From Ruminococcaceae bacterium UBA1691 (GTDB lineage Bacteria; Bacillota; Clostridia; Oscillospirales; Acutalibacteraceae): a DNA stretch of 36,487 bases. Below, piece after piece: positions 33,578 through 36,487 of this stretch. Location of the stretch: the NCBI GenBank assembly GCA_002320555.1, contig DCJV01000105.1:4968-41454 (forward strand). Direction: 5' to 3'. The notes under the pieces were generated by a model. The model made no database searches. It saw only the letters and a list, made by a program, of their open reading frames with translations, and had not been told where the DNA came from. The translations under genes were made by a program, and so were the position numbers. The first letter of the stretch is position 1; each line of letters opens with the position of its first letter.

Positions 33578-34102
33578 TCAGTCGGCCGGGAGTGCATCTT
33601 TGTCGATCAGCCGGCTGAAAGTAAGCATCTTGGTTTCAAAATCGGGTAACCGGTTCCCAAAAAGCGTAATCATGCAAACACCGCGCTCTGCGCCGTAGGT
33701 GAATCCTGCGCCGCGCGTCCGGATCAGGCGAATGCCAGTGATCTTCCCATCGAAATCATTGACATGGTCGTGACCAAAAAAGGCAGCTACAATATTGCCC
33801 TGCCGGAGCCAACTGGCAAACTGACCACCGCCGCAGTCAGGGAGGGCAGGGGCCTTCCCCTAGCGTCCCTGTGGTATGTATGGGATCGGCAAGGACAAAG
33901 AAACGGTCCGCCCAGCGGCTGTGTCCTTGAACCACACCCGGCGTTTCAGGCGTTACCTGTTGGAGCAGGTCGTATTCCTCCGGGACGGGAATATGCTGAA
34001 AGAGAAAGGAGGGAGTGGATCGTCGTCCATCCCCGGAACAATTGCGTGGATATCCGTGGCCAGCAGAATCCGAAAGGTACCATCCAGGTTGAAAAAAGAG
34101 AA
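33578..34102 (-). pseudogene. Decayed tandem paralog of the metallophosphoesterase (internal deletion plus frameshifts)
   Basis: The minus strand reads FNLDGTFRILLATDIH, then TPSFLFQHIPVPEEYDLL...GEGPCPP, then GQFASWLRQGNIVAAFFGHDHVNDFDGKITGIRLIRTRG, in three frames. A 19-nt identity (AATCATTGACATGGTCGTG) links it to the intact copy. Confidence 0.8.
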
Positions 34103-34105
34103 TAT

Positions 34106-34492
34106 TTAGAATTCATGTGTCTCCTCTTTTCCTTTATCGGACGATTCTGAAATCCGAAGCAATTCCGATATGGTACACAGACGCGTTCGACCGCAAGCGT
34201 TACAGGCGGAGGCACACTGCCGGTTTGTGTCTTTATCCAGCCCATCACATATCACCAGAACGCCATTACACTGCCTGCGTCCGAGCAGCTCCGCACGCAG
34301 TTGCGCCGCATAAATCTGACTGACAGCGTCACTTTTTGAAGCGGAGGAGGGGATCAGCAGCAGATATTCCTTTTTACCAGATGGGACTAGCAGATGGAAC
34401 AAAAGGAAATAAATCGACACTGCGATTCCCAAAAGCGTGAAGAACAATAGGAAAATCCAGCAAATGAGCTCCCAAATCATCTTGATGACCAT
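34106..34492 (-). CDS. Hypothetical small membrane protein with CX3CX2CX5C motif
   Basis: It has one N-terminal TM (WELICWIFLLFFTLLGIAVSIYFLLF) and a soluble domain with the cluster CASACNACGRTRLC. The start is ambiguous (ATG 34492, ATG 34480 or TTG 34537). Confidence 0.55.
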   Translation of the reverse strand: MVIKMIWELICWIFLLFFTLLGIAVSIYFLLFHLLVPSGKKEYLLLIPSSASKSDAVSQIYAAQLRAELLGRRQCNGVLVICDGLDKDTNRQCASACNACGRTRLCTISELLRISESSDKGKEETHEF

Positions 34493-34716
34493 CCTTTCGC
34501 TGAAGGCAGGACGTTTTGTCCGCTTTGCCGGAGGCAATTCACGCCATTTGGTACGGCGCGAAAGGACAAAACGACCATTTGAAAGATTTCTCTTTTATGT
34601 ATCCTATGCAGGATCCATAAGAAGCGTTTATCGCCCAAAGCGTATTTTTCGGAAACGGAGCTTTTATACACCGGTGTCTAGCGATGATTGGCAGCTATAT
34701 TATAATAGCTCAGAAC

Positions 34717-34764
34717 GTAAAAATACCGCGCGTTGCCAATCGAATCAATTGCTGCCGCGCGGTA
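34717..34764 (-). terminator. Rho-independent terminator after rnpB
   Basis: On the minus strand the stem TACCGCGCG...CGCGCGGTA (9 bp) is followed by ATTTTT. Confidence 0.75.
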
Positions 34765-34774
34765 CTCCAACGAA

Positions 34775-35113
34775 AAATGCGACCAGACCTGTAAGCCGAG
34801 TTCTGTCATTAAAGGCAGCCATCTATCTAGGCGCCGCGTTGCCACAGCGCTCAAGCCACCTGTCGGAGAATGCGCCGAGCAAGCGTGTCTCTCCAGTCGG
34901 TGTTGCTCCGGATAGGGTTTGCAGAGCCGTGCGGTTCCCCGCACGCTGGTGAGCTCTTACCTCGCCTTTCCACCCTTACCGGCAAAGGCCGGCGGTATAT
35001 CTCTGTTGCACTTTCCCTGAGGTCGCCCTCGGCGGCCGTTAGCCGTTATCCTGCTCTATGGGGCCCGGACTTTCCTCACGCATAAAGCGTGCGGCTGCCC
35101 AGTCTGCTCGCGC
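34775..35113 (-). ncRNA. rnpB: RNase P RNA, bacterial type A
   Basis: The minus strand contains GAGGAAAGTCCGGGC, GTGCAACAGAGA..ACCGCC, GGTAAGGGTGGAAAGGCGAGGTAAGAGCTCACC and ACAGAACTCGGCTTACAG. The 5' GCGAGCAGAC pairs with the 3' GGTCTGGTCGC (P1). The ends are approximate, within a few nt. Confidence 0.93.
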
Positions 35114-35118
35114 TATCT

Positions 35119-35147
35119 ATTGTAGAGGAAAAAGGATGTTTTGTCAA
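35119..35147 (-). promoter_or_regulatory. rnpB promoter TTGACA-17-TACAAT
   Basis: On the minus strand the hexamers are at 35147-35142 and 35124-35119. The predicted TSS coincides with the start of the P1 stem. Confidence 0.7.
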
Positions 35148-35210
35148 TCATCATGAAAGAAAATGCCAAAAACCAAGTGGAATTTTAGTGCGATTTCGTA
35201 ACATTGCCTA

Positions 35211-35245
35211 AAGAGAAACGGCAGGCCGCGAATAGCAGCCTGCCG
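35211..35245 (-). terminator. Terminator of the dapB-ACT operon
   Basis: On the minus strand the stem CGGCAGGC...GCCTGCCG is followed by TTTCTCTT, about 15 nt after the stop. Confidence 0.7.
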
Positions 35246-35259
35246 CCTGATCTATGAGC

Positions 35260-35721
35260 TTATGCAAAAATTTCCCGAATCGCGTCTACTGTTACGTCCG
35301 CATCCGCCTTCACGACCAGAAGCGAAATATCGACTTCCGATGTTGTGATCATACGAATATCTGCGTTCACTTTAGAAACCGCTGAAAAAACCTTTGCAGC
35401 AACGCCGGGAGTTCCGCGCATCGCCTCTCCGAAAATCGAAATCTTGCAGTTTCCAGAGCTGACATTGAGCTTTAATTCCGGGTTCAGTTCCCTGAGCTTT
35501 GTCGAGATTCCGAGGACCTTTCCAAAATCCTCTCCGCTGACCGTAAAGGACAGGGAGGGGATGGAGCCGTGCGGCGGGGTCTGGGAGATCATATCAACGT
35601 CAATTCCCGCGTCGGAAATCATCTGAAAAATCTGGGATACCAGTGCGATATCGGCAGGGGAATCCTGCAGGGAAATCAATGTAACGTCGTCCTTTAGGGT
35701 AATGCTTTGAATTTCATTCAT
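35260..35721 (-). CDS. Stand-alone tandem-ACT protein resembling the aspartokinase regulatory (beta) subunit
   Basis: MNEIQSITLKDDVTLISL...GIDVDMISQ...LSFTV...CKISIFGEAMRGTPGVAAKVFSAVSKVNADIRMITTSEVDISLLV parallels the LysC C-terminal ACT pair. GAGGGGGAG SD. Start ATG 35721. Confidence 0.8.
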   Translation of the reverse strand: MNEIQSITLKDDVTLISLQDSPADIALVSQIFQMISDAGIDVDMISQTPPHGSIPSLSFTVSGEDFGKVLGISTKLRELNPELKLNVSSGNCKISIFGEAMRGTPGVAAKVFSAVSKVNADIRMITTSEVDISLLVVKADADVTVDAIREIFA

Positions 35722-35737
35722 ATCATTCGCTCCCCCT

Positions 35738-36487
35738 CTACTTGGCATTGACAAAGTCCCGCATCGCATAGCAACCAGCAGGCTGGTTGCATAGGAACAA
35801 TGCCGCATTTACAGAACCAACTGCGAAAATCTCCTTGGAACGGGCGCTGTGGCTGATGGAAATCAGTTCGTCCCGACCAGCGAAGAGAACCTCATGCTCG
35901 CCGACGATCGTACCGCCACGCACAGCATGGATGCCAATCTCGTTTTTATCCCGCTTGGCGCGTTTGGAATGGCGGTCGAATTCATAGTGCGGCTTCTGCT
36001 TGAGCTCCCCGGAAATCGCGTCCGCCAGCATCAGCGCGGTGCCGCTGGGCGCATCAATCTTTTGATTATGATGCTTTTCGATGATCTCGATATCGAAGGA
36101 ATCTCCCAATACCCGGGCCGCTTTTTGAGCAAGCTCAGTCAACAGGCTGATTCCGATCGACATATTGGCGGAGAAGAAAACCGGCACTTCTTTGGCCGCT
36201 TCATGGATGGAAGCAACCTGCTGCTCATTTAATCCCGTTGTTGCAATCACAGCCGGCGTGTGGTGGGAAACGGCATAGGAGAGAATGCTCTCCAGCGCGG
36301 ATGGATGAGAAAAATCAATGATCACATCCGCCTGCCCATCAAACTGCGACGCGGCTCCAAAAACCGGAAAGGCCGCCTCCTCCATGCCTGCCGGGTCGAT
36401 TCCCGCAACGATTTCACAATCTTCACGGTCCGCAACGCAAGAGGCGATCACGCGCCCCATCTTTCCGCCGCAGCCGCTTAATAGAAT
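35738..36487 (-). CDS. dapB: 4-hydroxy-tetrahydrodipicolinate reductase (5' partial; open to window edge)
   Basis: The frame stays open upstream of M36460 (ILLSGCGGKMGRVI is the NAD-binding G-x-x-G-x-M-G motif). EKHHNQKIDAPSGTAL and HAVRGGTIVGEHEV blocks are present. Confidence 0.93.
   Translation of the reverse strand: MLLSGCGGKMGRVIASCVADREDCEIVAGIDPAGMEEAAFPVFGAASQFDGQADVIIDFSHPSALESILSYAVSHHTPAVIATTGLNEQQVASIHEAAKEVPVFFSANMSIGISLLTELAQKAARVLGDSFDIEIIEKHHNQKIDAPSGTALMLADAISGELKQKPHYEFDRHSKRAKRDKNEIGIHAVRGGTIVGEHEVLFAGRDELISISHSARSKEIFAVGSVNAALFLCNQPAGCYAMRDFVNAK

Noticed and set aside
34437-34952. A 171-aa plus-strand ORF.
   Set aside because: It runs antisense through the small membrane-protein gene leader and into RNase P RNA. 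The region is explained by rnpB and its terminator.
1-36487. CRISPR arrays, rRNA, tRNA, tmRNA, SRP RNA and known riboswitch cores.
   Set aside because: I saw no periodic repeat-spacer structure. The only conserved RNA core motifs I could recognise were those of RNase P RNA. An Infernal/Rfam scan would be the decisive check.

Overview
This 36.5 kb window is from a high-GC Gram-positive anaerobe. The gene content (hprK, whiA, rapZ, ygiQ, ior/paaK, type-A RNase P RNA) suggests class Clostridia, probably Oscillospiraceae-like; the taxon is an inference. Most of the window is core metabolism. Left to right: a split purine module (PurO-type IMP cyclohydrolase, 5' partial; AICARFT-only purH; purD); a membrane-fusion protein plus MacB-type permease with no ATPase; a FUSC-HAD fusion protein and a GT4 glycosyltransferase (minus strand); hprK-glcK-murB-rapZ-whiA; a phosphohexomutase; ygiQ; a ComEC-like MBL hydrolase plus DUF3006; a Na+/solute symporter; the aryl-pyruvate cluster paaK-iorA-iorB-paaK-ACT; enolase; a secreted metallophosphoesterase with a decayed tandem paralog; a small Cys-motif membrane protein; RNase P RNA; a stand-alone aspartokinase-beta-like ACT protein; and dapB (5' partial at the window end). 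The one clearly accessory segment is a low-GC island at about 27.2-30.5 kb. It carries a self-contained ABC module on the minus strand: two divergent 4-TM FtsX-type permeases and one ATPase. A near-consensus promoter with a palindromic -35 drives it, and its right edge abuts the frameshifted 3' relic of an iron-type alcohol dehydrogenase gene. This island is my best candidate for an undescribed system, but its function cannot be read from sequence alone. I found no tRNA, rRNA, CRISPR array, transposase or integrase. All family assignments rest on motif recognition by eye and memory, not on searches.
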